DNA of 64,000 nucleotides. It comes from TPA_inf: Saccharomyces (Eukaryota). The notes under the pieces are model-generated. The model saw only the letters and a list, made by a program, of their open reading frames with translations, was not told the origin of the DNA and did no database searches. Of the stretch, positions 31,563-42,076 are shown piece by piece. Position 1 is the first letter of the stretch; every line of letters starts with the position of its first letter. Made by a program: the position numbers and the translations under genes. Location: positions 576,001 to 640,000 of the forward strand of contig BK006941.2 in assembly GCA_000146045.2 (NCBI GenBank), written 5' to 3'.

Positions 31563-33101
31563 ATGAAGTCAAAAGGGAGTCGGTTGTCAACAGACTGTCC
31601 TGTCGAATTTCCCAAGATAGTCTCTGGATTCGCTGAGGAAGTGAAAATACGTAGACAAAGTTCCCAAGGACAGTACGCCGTCGATTCACATCCTCCGAAA
31701 AGCCCTGAACTGAAACACAGAAGACAGAGGTCATCCTCTTTTGTTAACGGTAAATGCAGGAACAGGGACCTTCCATTGTTAGATAACAAGAAAGCACAAG
31801 AAATAAACACCAATTCACACGGCCAAGACATCGGTATCAAAAACTTACCACGTCAACGTGAGTTGTTGAATGCCAAAAATGGAATTGATTTTACGCTGAT
31901 GGTGGCGGGTCAAAGTGGATTGGGTAAAACCACGTTTATCAATTCCTTATTTTCTACTTCTTTAATTGATGATGACATCAAAGAAAACAAACCTATTATT
32001 CGTTATAAAAGCATTGTAGAAGGAGATGGAACACACCTTAATTTCAACGTCATCGATACACCTGGTTTTGGTAACAATATGGATAATGCATTTACGTGGA
32101 GGACAATGGTTAACTATATTGATGAAGAAATAAGATCGTACATTTTCCAAGAAGAACAACCTGATAGGACAAAAATGGTTGATAATAGAGTCCATTGTTG
32201 TTTGTACTTTCTGAGACCTTCAAATAAGGGAATTGATACTTTAGACGTCGTAACAATGAAAAAATTAGCGAAGAGAGTGAATTTAATCCCGGTTATTGCT
32301 AAATCAGATTTGCTAACGAAAGAGGAATTGAAAAACTTCAAAACACAAGTTAGAGAAATAATAAGAGTACAAGATATCCCTGTATGTTTCTTTTTCGGCG
32401 ATGAAGTTTTGAATGCAACACAAGATATTTTTCAAAAATATCCATTCAGTATAATTGCATCTAATGAGTACATTTTTAATGAAAAGGGCGAAAAAGTTAA
32501 AGGAAGACAATACAAATGGGGCGCTGTTGACATTGAAAATGAAAAGTACTGTGACTTCAAAATCTTGCAAAAGACGATTTTTGATTGGAATTTAATTGAT
32601 CTTGTAGAAAGTACCGAGGATTATTATGAAAAATGCAGATCTGAAATGCTAAGAACTAGGCTATTAAAGGCCAGAGATTGCTTAACAACGAAAAGTGTTG
32701 ACATAACGGAAGAACAAAGGAAATTTTTGGAGGAAGAAATGAACTTCGATGAAATCGAGGAAAACAAACTCAAAAATTACAAGTGCTATGAAATAATTAA
32801 TAAAACGGTCATGGATAAGGTGGCTACAGAATGGGATCCTGAATTTATAACTAGACAATTAGAAGCTAAGAAAAAATTCAACGAGCTGTCCAACAGAGAA
32901 ATTTCAAAATTTCGAGACTGGAAAAAGAGCCTATTCATGGAACAAGAGAATTTTAACCAAGAGATTGAACAATTGAATCACAAGTTGGAAAACTTACAAC
33001 TGGAATGTCAGGACTTGGAATACAAGCTGTTAATCGGAAAAAGTTCCAACAGCCATTCCACAGATAGTGCTACTTTAGTAAACGTTCACATCAAAAGGTA
33101 G
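31563..33101 (+). CDS. SPR3: Spr3, sporulation-specific septin (512 aa)
   Basis: Septin GTPase motifs (GQSGLGKTTFINSLF P-loop, DTPGFG) with a C-terminal coiled coil. Confidence 0.92.
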   Translation: MKSKGSRLSTDCPVEFPKIVSGFAEEVKIRRQSSQGQYAVDSHPPKSPELKHRRQRSSSFVNGKCRNRDLPLLDNKKAQEINTNSHGQDIGIKNLPRQRELLNAKNGIDFTLMVAGQSGLGKTTFINSLFSTSLIDDDIKENKPIIRYKSIVEGDGTHLNFNVIDTPGFGNNMDNAFTWRTMVNYIDEEIRSYIFQEEQPDRTKMVDNRVHCCLYFLRPSNKGIDTLDVVTMKKLAKRVNLIPVIAKSDLLTKEELKNFKTQVREIIRVQDIPVCFFFGDEVLNATQDIFQKYPFSIIASNEYIFNEKGEKVKGRQYKWGAVDIENEKYCDFKILQKTIFDWNLIDLVESTEDYYEKCRSEMLRTRLLKARDCLTTKSVDITEEQRKFLEEEMNFDEIEENKLKNYKCYEIINKTVMDKVATEWDPEFITRQLEAKKKFNELSNREISKFRDWKKSLFMEQENFNQEIEQLNHKLENLQLECQDLEYKLLIGKSSNSHSTDSATLVNVHIKR

Positions 33102-33575
33102 TATTAATTAAAAAAAAAAAAAAGCCAATAATTTCGCGCAAGCTTTGCTCTACATAATAAAAATACAATTAGGATAGAAATGAATATTTTTTTAGCGGCA
33201 GTTTTACCATAAGTAGCAAAACCCTAACAATACAATGTGAGACTAAAGTAAATCCGGGTAATACAAAATACAATTTTTTTTTATTCTTCACAGCGTTTTT
33301 TCGACGGAGGAGGGAAAAAAAAAAATTGTATTTAAGGCATCAAATGCGCGACATCATATACCTTTGTCCGCTGTTATCATACCTTGAACCTCTACATTTC
33401 AGCCTAGCGCGCGCAAAAAGAAAAAAAAATCATAAGCAAGAGTGGTACGGTAACCACAAGGCAATGCAAAGAAGGGTGCGATATCAAGTGATGTTACCTT
33501 CCTTTACTTTTTGCCTTTTTCTTGAATTGTCAATCCGCCCTTTTTTTCTTTTCAGTTTTTTCTCCTTTCATCCGT

Positions 33576-33688
33576 CTCGTTTATCATAATGATGATTTCA
33601 CTTATACCTATATGTTTTTTCTGGCATCTCTAATGTTAGGATGTGAAGTTTAAGTACTCTCCATTCAATGAATACAATTTTTGACAAT
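33576..33688 (+). ncRNA. SNR48: Box C/D snoRNA SNR48 (about 113 nt; ends approximate, +/-5 nt)
   Basis: C box A-UGAUGA at 33589-33595 and D box CUGA at 33671-33674. Terminal stem atcata (33583-33588) pairs with tatgat (33681-33686). C-to-D spacing is about 80 nt. Location between SPR3 and ERG25 matches the known SNR48 locus. Confidence 0.8.
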
Positions 33689-33907
33689 ATCTGATTTTAC
33701 TATGATTAAACAGACCGAGGGAGAAAAAAAAAAGGAACTAAAAAAGGGCCTACGTAGAAGATGATGTAAAAGTAGATTCGCATCTGAGAATGTTTTCTTC
33801 AAATTTTTCTTTTCGGCCTTGGCGCAGAAGACTTTCTCTTCGTCCGCGTCGTATAGGAAACAAAAAAGTGTAAAAAGTAAAAATCGGTATATTACGCAAT
33901 CCATTCG

Positions 33908-33927
33908 TTACCCGGTGTAGTCACGTG
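33908..33927. promoter_or_regulatory. Reb1-like site TTACCCGG (33908-33915) and Cbf1-type E-box TCACGTG (33921-33927) in the SNR48-ERG25 intergenic region
   Basis: Exact matches to the TTACCCGG and RTCACGTG consensus sequences. Confidence 0.4.
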
Positions 33928-34080
33928 CGGGTGCGGAGGGCAGCCGTTTAAACCCGTTTGGGCCTTGGTCCGATAGAACCATCTCGCAGGAAAGAGCAGA
34001 GCCAGTTATCGGGTGTCGTTTACGCCCAGATGTCGTTTAGCCAGCTCCGCAACGGCCACTGCCACTACCACTGCCTCCCT

Positions 34081-34107
34081 TCGTATACGGGACACAGAGA
34101 TCGTATA
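34081..34107 (+). promoter_or_regulatory. Two direct copies of the sterol regulatory element core TCGTATA (34081-34087 and 34101-34107), about 460-480 bp upstream of ERG25
   Basis: TCGTATACGG is repeated exactly with 20-bp periodicity. TCGTATA is the Upc2/Ecm22-binding SRE core of ERG genes. Confidence 0.55.
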
Positions 34108-34548
34108 CGGTAAACGACTAGCACTAGGACAATAGCAACTAACAATGACCGATAACAGTCAGCAACCTCAAGGCACCTGGCACAAAACCGTCGAGGAAGA
34201 GGCCCTTTGCCACCGTATCGCATCGCTTTCCCACCAATTTTTTTTTTCTTGCTTGCCTCGCCTCTGCTGTGGTCGTATTATTATTATTCATTCTCTGCGC
34301 AGTTTAAACTATATACACACGATTAATCCGTTATGCATGTACATTTTCTTGTATGCGTACGCCTGTGTATGCATACTTCTATATAATATATAATACAGGA
34401 GGATCTATTCTTTTTTTTCTTCTTCTCTTCTTCTCTCCCTTTTTTCTCTCTCTTCGTTTCTTTCCTTCCAGTAAATCTTTATATTAGTTGTAACTTTTTC
34501 TCTTTAGATAGTAGCATAGAGGACTAAGGAAAAGTAGTACAGCCATAA

Positions 34549-35493
<945 letters not shown>

Positions 35494-35745
35494 GAGAAGA
35501 AACATACTTCAAAAAAAAAAAAAAGAAAAACAACAAAAAAACGTATAAAATGAAATAAATTTCGAACCGCTTTTTTTCCTTTTTTTTTTTTTTACTTTGT
35601 TTGACCTCCCCTAACTCTTTCTTTTTACCTTCACAATTGTTTATTTTAATATATGATTTTTAAATTAATTCAGGTTAATTCTAAAAACTATATTGCAATC
35701 TTTTAAATATATGTATACACGTTCATTACCACGTATACATATCCA

Positions 35746-35766
35746 TATATATATATATATATATAC
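35746..35766. repeat. (AT)10 dinucleotide microsatellite between the ERG25 and ADE6 3' ends
   Basis: atatatatatatatatatata. Confidence 0.9.
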
Positions 35767-35888
35767 ATACTATTTATGATAAATTTTTAACAAGCAAACC
35801 CATTATTAAATGCTATAAATAAAAGACAGCTTCTTTCTAATTATTATTCAAACTTAAAAACTACATATACAAAAACTACAAAAATCTT

Positions 35889-38800
35889 TCAACCGACCCA
35901 TCTTCTGGCAGATCTGAATAATCTAATCCATGGACCGTATCCACCCCACTCTTCGTATTTGCCCTCTGGATACCAGGAATTGGCCTCCAATCTGCAAACT
36001 CTTTCAGGATGTGGCATCATGGCAAGCACTCTACCATTTGGTGACTTGATACCGGCAATACCATTGGTCGACCCATTGGGGTTGAAGGGGAACCTTTCGG
36101 TGACGTTACCGTAGTTGTCCACATACCTTATACAACATAAACCATCCTTTTCGAACTTTTCCAGTTGTTCAGCGCTTTTAGAAAATGTTGCTTTACCTTC
36201 ACCATGTGCGACAGCAATTGGCAATTTGGATCCTGCCATGCCATTCAAGAAAACAGATTCCTCGCTAGAATTGTCCTTTTCTTGAGATATTTGCACCATA
36301 CATACACGGGCTTCATATTGTTCACTAACATTTCTTTCGAAACTTGGCCAGTTTTCACACCCGGGTATGATATCTTTTAATCTACTCAAGAATTGACAAC
36401 CATTACAAGCACCAAAAGCAAATGTATCTTGTCTTTCATTGAAGAACTTAGAAAATTGCGAGCGCACACCTTCGTGATACAATACGGATTTAGCCCAACC
36501 CGCACCTGCACCTAAGACATCACCATAAGAGAAACCACCACATGCGGCAAGACCGATGAAGTCATCCAAATGGAACCTACCTTCTAGCAAATCTGTCATA
36601 GTGACATCCACTGAGTTGAATCCAGCTTGTTGGAAGCACCATGCCATTTCCATTTGACCGTTCACACCTTGCTCTCTTAAGATAGCAACCTTTGGCCTTT
36701 GACTGGATAATTCTAATCCGATCTTCATATCATCGGCTGGGTTGTATGTTAGGGCATACTGCAAACCGGGATCTCTATCGTCCGTGATACTGGCAAACTC
36801 TTCTTCGGCTGTTTTTGGATTGTCTCTCAATTTCTGCATTTCGTAAGATGTCTTACTCCAAGTTTGCTCCAATTCAGATCTCGAATTGGCGTAAATTACA
36901 TCATTTGTTGTGGAGTTAATAATCTTGATTTCCTGGCTTTGGAAGGATGGCTTACCAACAATAGAAATATATTCTTTAGCAACTCCGTTCTCGTTCAAGA
37001 TTTTTTCGAACTTGCTCAAGTTCTTAGCAGAAATCTGGAATACTGCACCTAATTCTTCATTGAATAGGTTTGTTAATTGACTTTCTAGGTCTCCACCGTC
37101 AATGTTGATTTCTAAGCCGCATCTGGAAGCAAATGCCATTTCCAGTAAAGTGATTAGTAGACCACCATCAGACCTATCATGGTAGGCAAGCACTATATCC
37201 TCCTTTTGTTGATGCAATTGGATTAAACTTTCCAAGAAACCCTTCAAAATGGCGTTATCATACACAGTAGGCGACTTGTTACCAACTTGGTTGTAAACTT
37301 GCAACAAAGCAGAGGCACCTAGTGACTTAGTCTCTTGTTTAGCTGATAGATCAACCAAGACAAGGACAGAATCATCTGTGTTTCTATTTAGCAATGGAGT
37401 CCACGTTTTACTAGTGTTGAAAACTGGTGCAAATGCTGTGATATTCAATGACAATGGTGCAGTAACTTCCTTATCATCCCATTTCATCTTCATGGACATG
37501 GAATCCTTACCAACAGGGATAGCAACACCTAATGCAGGACATAAATCCAGACCTAATGCTTGAACGGCTTCATATAACTTAGAACCCTCACCTTGATGAG
37601 AGGCTGGAGACATCCAGTTAGCAGATAGCTTGATATGATTTAAAGATTTCACATCAGCAGCGAATATGTTCAATAAAGATTCTGCCACAGATAATTTAGC
37701 GGAAGCAGATGCGGAGATTAGGGCGTTAACTGGTTTTTCACCCATAGCCATGGCTTCACCTGTGGAAATTATTGTCTCACCCAAAGAGGTACCGGTAACA
37801 CCGACATCCGCAACAGGTACTTGCCAAGGACCAACAAATTGATCCCTATCAATTAGACCTGTGACGGATCTGTCACCAATAGTAATCAAAAATGACTTTG
37901 AGCCAACAGATGGTAAGTTTAGAACTCTTTGAATAGCATCTTGTAGGGAAGGAATTTCGCTCAAATTTGCCTCTGGTAGATTTAGTGCTTCAGTTATGGT
38001 TTCTCTTGACATCTTTGGAGGCTTACCAAATAAAATTGGCATTTCTAAATCAATTGGAGTTGTTTTCAAAAGAGGATCTTCTACAATCAATTTTTGTTCA
38101 GCGGTTGCGTGACCGACGACAGCAAATGGTGCTCTTTCTCTCTTACAGATTTCCTCGAAAATGGATAAGTCTTGAGGAGAAACACCAAGAACATAACGTT
38201 CTTGTGATTCATTACACCAAATTTCCATTGGTGACATACCAGGTTCTAAGGAGAGGACCTTTCTAATATCGAATTTAGCACCCAAGTCATTGTCATGAAC
38301 CAATTCTGGCAAAGCGTTGGATAACCCACCAGCACCAACATCGTGAATAGATTGGATAGGATTATTGTTACCTAAGGCAACACAAGCGTCAATCACTTGT
38401 TGGCAACGACGTTCCATTTCGGGGTTCCCTCTTTGTACAGAAGCAAAATCCAAATCGGCGGAACCTTCACCGGAAGCTACAGAAGAAGCAGCACCACCAC
38501 CTAAACCAATCAGCATAGATTGACCACCAAGTACAATTAAACAAGAGCCTGGAGTTATTGGGGTGTTCTTCAAAGCAAATTGAGGTCTAACAGTACCGAA
38601 ACCACCCGCAATCATAATTGGCTTGTGGAACCCTCTGATTTCCTCCTTCCCTTGGTGATTCAAAACCTTTGTAGTTAAAGTTCTGAAGTAACCGTTTATA
38701 CAAGGTCTACCAAACTCATTGTTAAATGCAGCTGAACCCAAAGGAGCCTCAATCATAATATCTAATGCAGATGCAATATGGTAAGGCTTACCAATATTCA

Positions 38801-39965
38801 ACTCCCAAGGTTGTTCATTACCTGGTATCAAAAGGTCGCTGACAGAGAATCCACTCAAACCACACTTAGTCTTGGAACCTCTGCCTGTAGCACCCTCGTC
38901 TCTGATTTCACCACCAGAACCTGTAGCAGCACCTGGGAAAGGAGACACGGCTGTTGGATGGTTGTGAGTTTCGACTTTGATAAGTAATGGAATTCTTTCC
39001 TTTGTAGAGGTCCATTCCTTTGTAGTTGAATTTGGTGCAAAGAAAAAGGCATCATTTTCACTATCCAAAACGGCTGCATTATCAGAATAGGCGCTAATAG
39101 TATATTCTGGGTTTAATTTATGGGTATTTCTAATCATTTGAAACAAGGTGAATTGTTGTTTTATTCCATCAATGGTCCAATCAGCATTGAAGATCTTGTG
39201 ACGACAATGTTCAGAATTAACTTGAGCGAACATAAATAACTCAACATCAGTAGGATCTCTTTTCATAGTTTCGACGAATGCATGAATCAAATATTCCATT
39301 TCTCCACTATCTAGAGCTAAACCCAATTCCGTATTAGCTTTGGATAAAATATCCTTTGGAGACTGTTTAGTGTCCTTAGGAGTTAAAGGAACGTGAACTA
39401 ATGGCTTTGGCTCTTCATGTGTGAAAATACTCATCGTATTTGGTGGTTCGGTCAGATATAATTGTTGTGTCATCCTATCGTAGACACACTTCAATGAAAT
39501 ATCATTTAGATTTTCCAAAAGAGGGAAACCTGGAACAGTCTTTATGAGTAAGGCTAAACCTCTTTCAATACGTTGAACTTTGTCTTGTAGCCCGCATACA
39601 TGAGCAATATTAGTAGCCTTGGAAGACCAAGGAGAGATAGTGCCTGATCTAGGAACAACTCTAATCAAATATGTGTCTTCGCCAAGAGCTGAACTGGGTA
39701 AATTATTAGCGACAGCATCGTTTAATTGTCTTGCTAATGGATCGTTAGCAATATCTAAAGCAGAATCGTAAGTCAACAAAACTTCTAGCAATTTAGTGTC
39801 CTGTTCAGACAAATTTTGAGCGATGCCGTTGACATAGTGAATGTAACACGAACGCAATTCATTGATGACAGAAGTACTGTTTGTATAGGAGTTTATATCT
39901 TTAATTAGATTATCGACTCTGAACTGAGATAAGGCCTTGGGACCCGGCAAAATATAATCAGTCAT
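35889..39965 (-). CDS. ADE6: Ade6, formylglycinamidine-ribonucleotide (FGAM) synthetase (1358 aa)
   Basis: 1358-aa ORF with PurL/AIRS-like domains and a C-terminal glutamine amidotransferase (…GACNGCQF…, HPER). Confidence 0.95.
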   Translation of the reverse strand: MTDYILPGPKALSQFRVDNLIKDINSYTNSTSVINELRSCYIHYVNGIAQNLSEQDTKLLEVLLTYDSALDIANDPLARQLNDAVANNLPSSALGEDTYLIRVVPRSGTISPWSSKATNIAHVCGLQDKVQRIERGLALLIKTVPGFPLLENLNDISLKCVYDRMTQQLYLTEPPNTMSIFTHEEPKPLVHVPLTPKDTKQSPKDILSKANTELGLALDSGEMEYLIHAFVETMKRDPTDVELFMFAQVNSEHCRHKIFNADWTIDGIKQQFTLFQMIRNTHKLNPEYTISAYSDNAAVLDSENDAFFFAPNSTTKEWTSTKERIPLLIKVETHNHPTAVSPFPGAATGSGGEIRDEGATGRGSKTKCGLSGFSVSDLLIPGNEQPWELNIGKPYHIASALDIMIEAPLGSAAFNNEFGRPCINGYFRTLTTKVLNHQGKEEIRGFHKPIMIAGGFGTVRPQFALKNTPITPGSCLIVLGGQSMLIGLGGGAASSVASGEGSADLDFASVQRGNPEMERRCQQVIDACVALGNNNPIQSIHDVGAGGLSNALPELVHDNDLGAKFDIRKVLSLEPGMSPMEIWCNESQERYVLGVSPQDLSIFEEICKRERAPFAVVGHATAEQKLIVEDPLLKTTPIDLEMPILFGKPPKMSRETITEALNLPEANLSEIPSLQDAIQRVLNLPSVGSKSFLITIGDRSVTGLIDRDQFVGPWQVPVADVGVTGTSLGETIISTGEAMAMGEKPVNALISASASAKLSVAESLLNIFAADVKSLNHIKLSANWMSPASHQGEGSKLYEAVQALGLDLCPALGVAIPVGKDSMSMKMKWDDKEVTAPLSLNITAFAPVFNTSKTWTPLLNRNTDDSVLVLVDLSAKQETKSLGASALLQVYNQVGNKSPTVYDNAILKGFLESLIQLHQQKEDIVLAYHDRSDGGLLITLLEMAFASRCGLEINIDGGDLESQLTNLFNEELGAVFQISAKNLSKFEKILNENGVAKEYISIVGKPSFQSQEIKIINSTTNDVIYANSRSELEQTWSKTSYEMQKLRDNPKTAEEEFASITDDRDPGLQYALTYNPADDMKIGLELSSQRPKVAILREQGVNGQMEMAWCFQQAGFNSVDVTMTDLLEGRFHLDDFIGLAACGGFSYGDVLGAGAGWAKSVLYHEGVRSQFSKFFNERQDTFAFGACNGCQFLSRLKDIIPGCENWPSFERNVSEQYEARVCMVQISQEKDNSSEESVFLNGMAGSKLPIAVAHGEGKATFSKSAEQLEKFEKDGLCCIRYVDNYGNVTERFPFNPNGSTNGIAGIKSPNGRVLAMMPHPERVCRLEANSWYPEGKYEEWGGYGPWIRLFRSARRWVG

Positions 39966-40171
39966 TGAACTTGACTTCTTTTGTTATGGACCTGGGAGGA
40001 TTAAACTCTTAGGGATATCGCTAAGATAAAAGTAGAAGAGAAATATACTTCGAGGCAGGGACAGCCAATTATTTAAATACGTATGTCAAGGTTTTCAAAG
40101 AAAGAAAGAGTTAAATAGCAAGATATATTGCATTTATTACGGCATCATCTGTTTAATGAGTCCTCATTCAA

Positions 40172-40189
40172 TTTTTTTTTTTTTTTTTC
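40172..40189. repeat. 18-nt dT tract in the ADE6 promoter / COX18 3' region
   Basis: Uninterrupted T run. Confidence 0.95.
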
Positions 40190-40235
40190 AATTTCAAGTT
40201 CGACGAGAAATTTGGAAAAACGGGTCAGCAGGAAA

Positions 40236-40241
40236 GAGTCA
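40236..40241 (-). promoter_or_regulatory. TGACTC (Gcn4/Bas1-type) hexamer about 270 bp upstream of ADE6
   Basis: GAGTCA on plus strand. ADE genes are Bas1/Pho2 and Gcn4 targets. Confidence 0.35.
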
Positions 40242-40327
40242 GGAACGGTTGAAGGATATTGAAAGTCATTTTTGTTTATTTACAAGCTGATGTAGAATTA
40301 CATATCCTATCTATGCGTCAGCTTCAC

Positions 40328-41278
40328 TCATCGTTGGTAAGGATAAATCCAATTTAATATGATATTTTGCACCAGGGAGAATAGCTGTGATGATATCCAA
40401 TAGAGCGAAAGAAGGAATGGAGCCTGTGAGGACATTGCTAGCATAACGACACAACCGAGTCTCGATACGTTCAGTATACTAGTCATTGCCTCTTGGACTC
40501 TTGTCGAATTCCTTGAAATTGTCTTTATACCTTGCGATGACAAACTTGAGCTAAACATCAGTCGGCCATTGAGTTCCACGTTTAATACCGCCAGAGTCCC
40601 CACCAAAATGGGCGCTAGTAGAGGCATTGCTACTAGCGGTGAGCTTAGATCAAAGGAACTGAAACCCAGTGCGGAAAACCAGGAAGGATAAAAACTTTCT
40701 ATAAGCTGTGTCTCTGTTAGGGTCCTGATGCCCATGGAGACTGTGACCCAAAGAGGAATTTGCACCATTGGCAGTAAGGCATTTTTCCATAGGGGTACAT
40801 TGTACTTCTTGAATAATTTTTTCTGCCTCTTTCTTGTCTCTTTCACTGCCAATAGTGTAATTTGTTCTGGTGTCAAAACGCCAGCATTCTGTAGTTGTAA
40901 CGGCATGAAAGAACCGTTGGAGCTAATTCTGGCGGCATTTCTAGACTTTTTATTAGTAACGGCTGCCAGTCGAAGTTTAATAATGGGCGTTATTGGCTGT
41001 ACTAATTTCCTCAGTTCTTGTTGTTTCAAAATTCTCCTCCGCTGCCATATACTGAATGGCAGCGTCACGAGGGTTCTAAGGGTCATAGTAGTCAAAGGAA
41101 CAAGCACTATCCATGGTATATGTGAGGCTTCATGCACTGTTAAAAACGTGTCCGCTACACTTTGAAAAAGTGAAAAGCTTCTCTTTGTACTTGGATTAGT
41201 CCTACCATATCGCAGACCGACTGAGCTGCACGAGAATGACGCAAAACCATTTTGACGATTGGCTAACCTCTTTAACAT
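40328..41278 (-). CDS. COX18: Cox18, mitochondrial inner-membrane insertase of the Oxa1/YidC family (316 aa)
   Basis: 316-aa multi-TM ORF. Position matches YGR062C. Confidence 0.85.
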   Translation of the reverse strand: MLKRLANRQNGFASFSCSSVGLRYGRTNPSTKRSFSLFQSVADTFLTVHEASHIPWIVLVPLTTMTLRTLVTLPFSIWQRRRILKQQELRKLVQPITPIIKLRLAAVTNKKSRNAARISSNGSFMPLQLQNAGVLTPEQITLLAVKETRKRQKKLFKKYNVPLWKNALLPMVQIPLWVTVSMGIRTLTETQLIESFYPSWFSALGFSSFDLSSPLVAMPLLAPILVGTLAVLNVELNGRLMFSSSLSSQGIKTISRNSTRVQEAMTSILNVSRLGCVVMLAMSSQAPFLLSLYWISSQLFSLVQNIILNWIYPYQR

Positions 41279-41515
41279 AATGCCATACTTTATCTTGAAA
41301 TTTTCCTATCCTTGGACCTTTTTTTTCTAATGAAAGTCTTTTTAGCCTTAGTTGAATTACTGGACGGTAGAAAAATTGGGTTTGCCAGCAAAAACAAAAG
41401 TGCAGAACGTTAAATAAATGAAAGCATAAACTCATATGCTAGAATATTTACTAAAAAAAAAAAAAAGTAAAAAAAATTCATTACTATTATACATGTGATA
41501 TCAGAACGGAAGGTT

Positions 41516-41824
41516 TTACTCAACTTGACTGCCATCCCTCGGTTTGTAGTGAGGCAACAGCTCCACAACCTCAGCTGGTAGTCTACCATCGACCTTGATG
41601 GCGTACATACCAGCTATACTATGATCTACGCTCAGCCACTTTGCTACCCACGACTTAGTAGGCTTACACATTCCTACGAGGCCCTCGAAAGAAGGCGACG
41701 TACATTCCATTGTAGAAACACCTGCCTCTTCAAAAATACCCTGACAGTTGGGACAACCATCTCTATTAAACTCATTTGTGGTCTGCACTATGCCACACAG
41801 CATACAGGCTCTTTCACTAGACAT
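41516..41824 (-). CDS. SPT4: Spt4, transcription elongation factor (DSIF small subunit) with a zinc ribbon (102 aa)
   Basis: 102-aa ORF with a four-Cys zinc ribbon (CMLCG…CPNC). Confidence 0.93.
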
Positions 41825-41989
41825 CTCTTACACTGTACCTCGTTCGCTTTTGCCAAACTGAATGTGGCCAGGTGTAATTATTACACAGTACATCCTTCGA
41901 GCCCTTTCTTAAATTTCACTTTTTCACTCGATTTCACTCATAGAACGTATAAGGTGACCTTTATCAACATCGAGATTAATTATAGATAG
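41621..41989 (+). CDS. YGR064W: Dubious 122-aa ORF antisense to and overlapping SPT4, probably non-coding
   Basis: Overlaps the conserved SPT4 coding sequence on the opposite strand. Confidence 0.2.
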
Positions 41990-42076
41990 AAGATGATTAA
42001 ATTATATACATGAATATATTTATTTGAGGTATGGTGTCTAAAGCGTAATATACCTATCTACTTCACGTAAATTGGA

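Noticed and set aside
34145-34393. 82-aa ORF just upstream of ERG25, containing Cys/His-rich low-complexity sequence
   Set aside because: It lies in the ERG25 promoter and 5' UTR region and reads through a T-tract and pyrimidine-rich sequence, with no supporting features. It is probably a dubious ORF.
40172-40241. Weak TGACTT/GAGTCC variants near ADE6 considered as additional Bas1/Gcn4 sites
   Set aside because: Only one exact hexamer (GAGTCA at 40236-40241) is present. The others have core mismatches.
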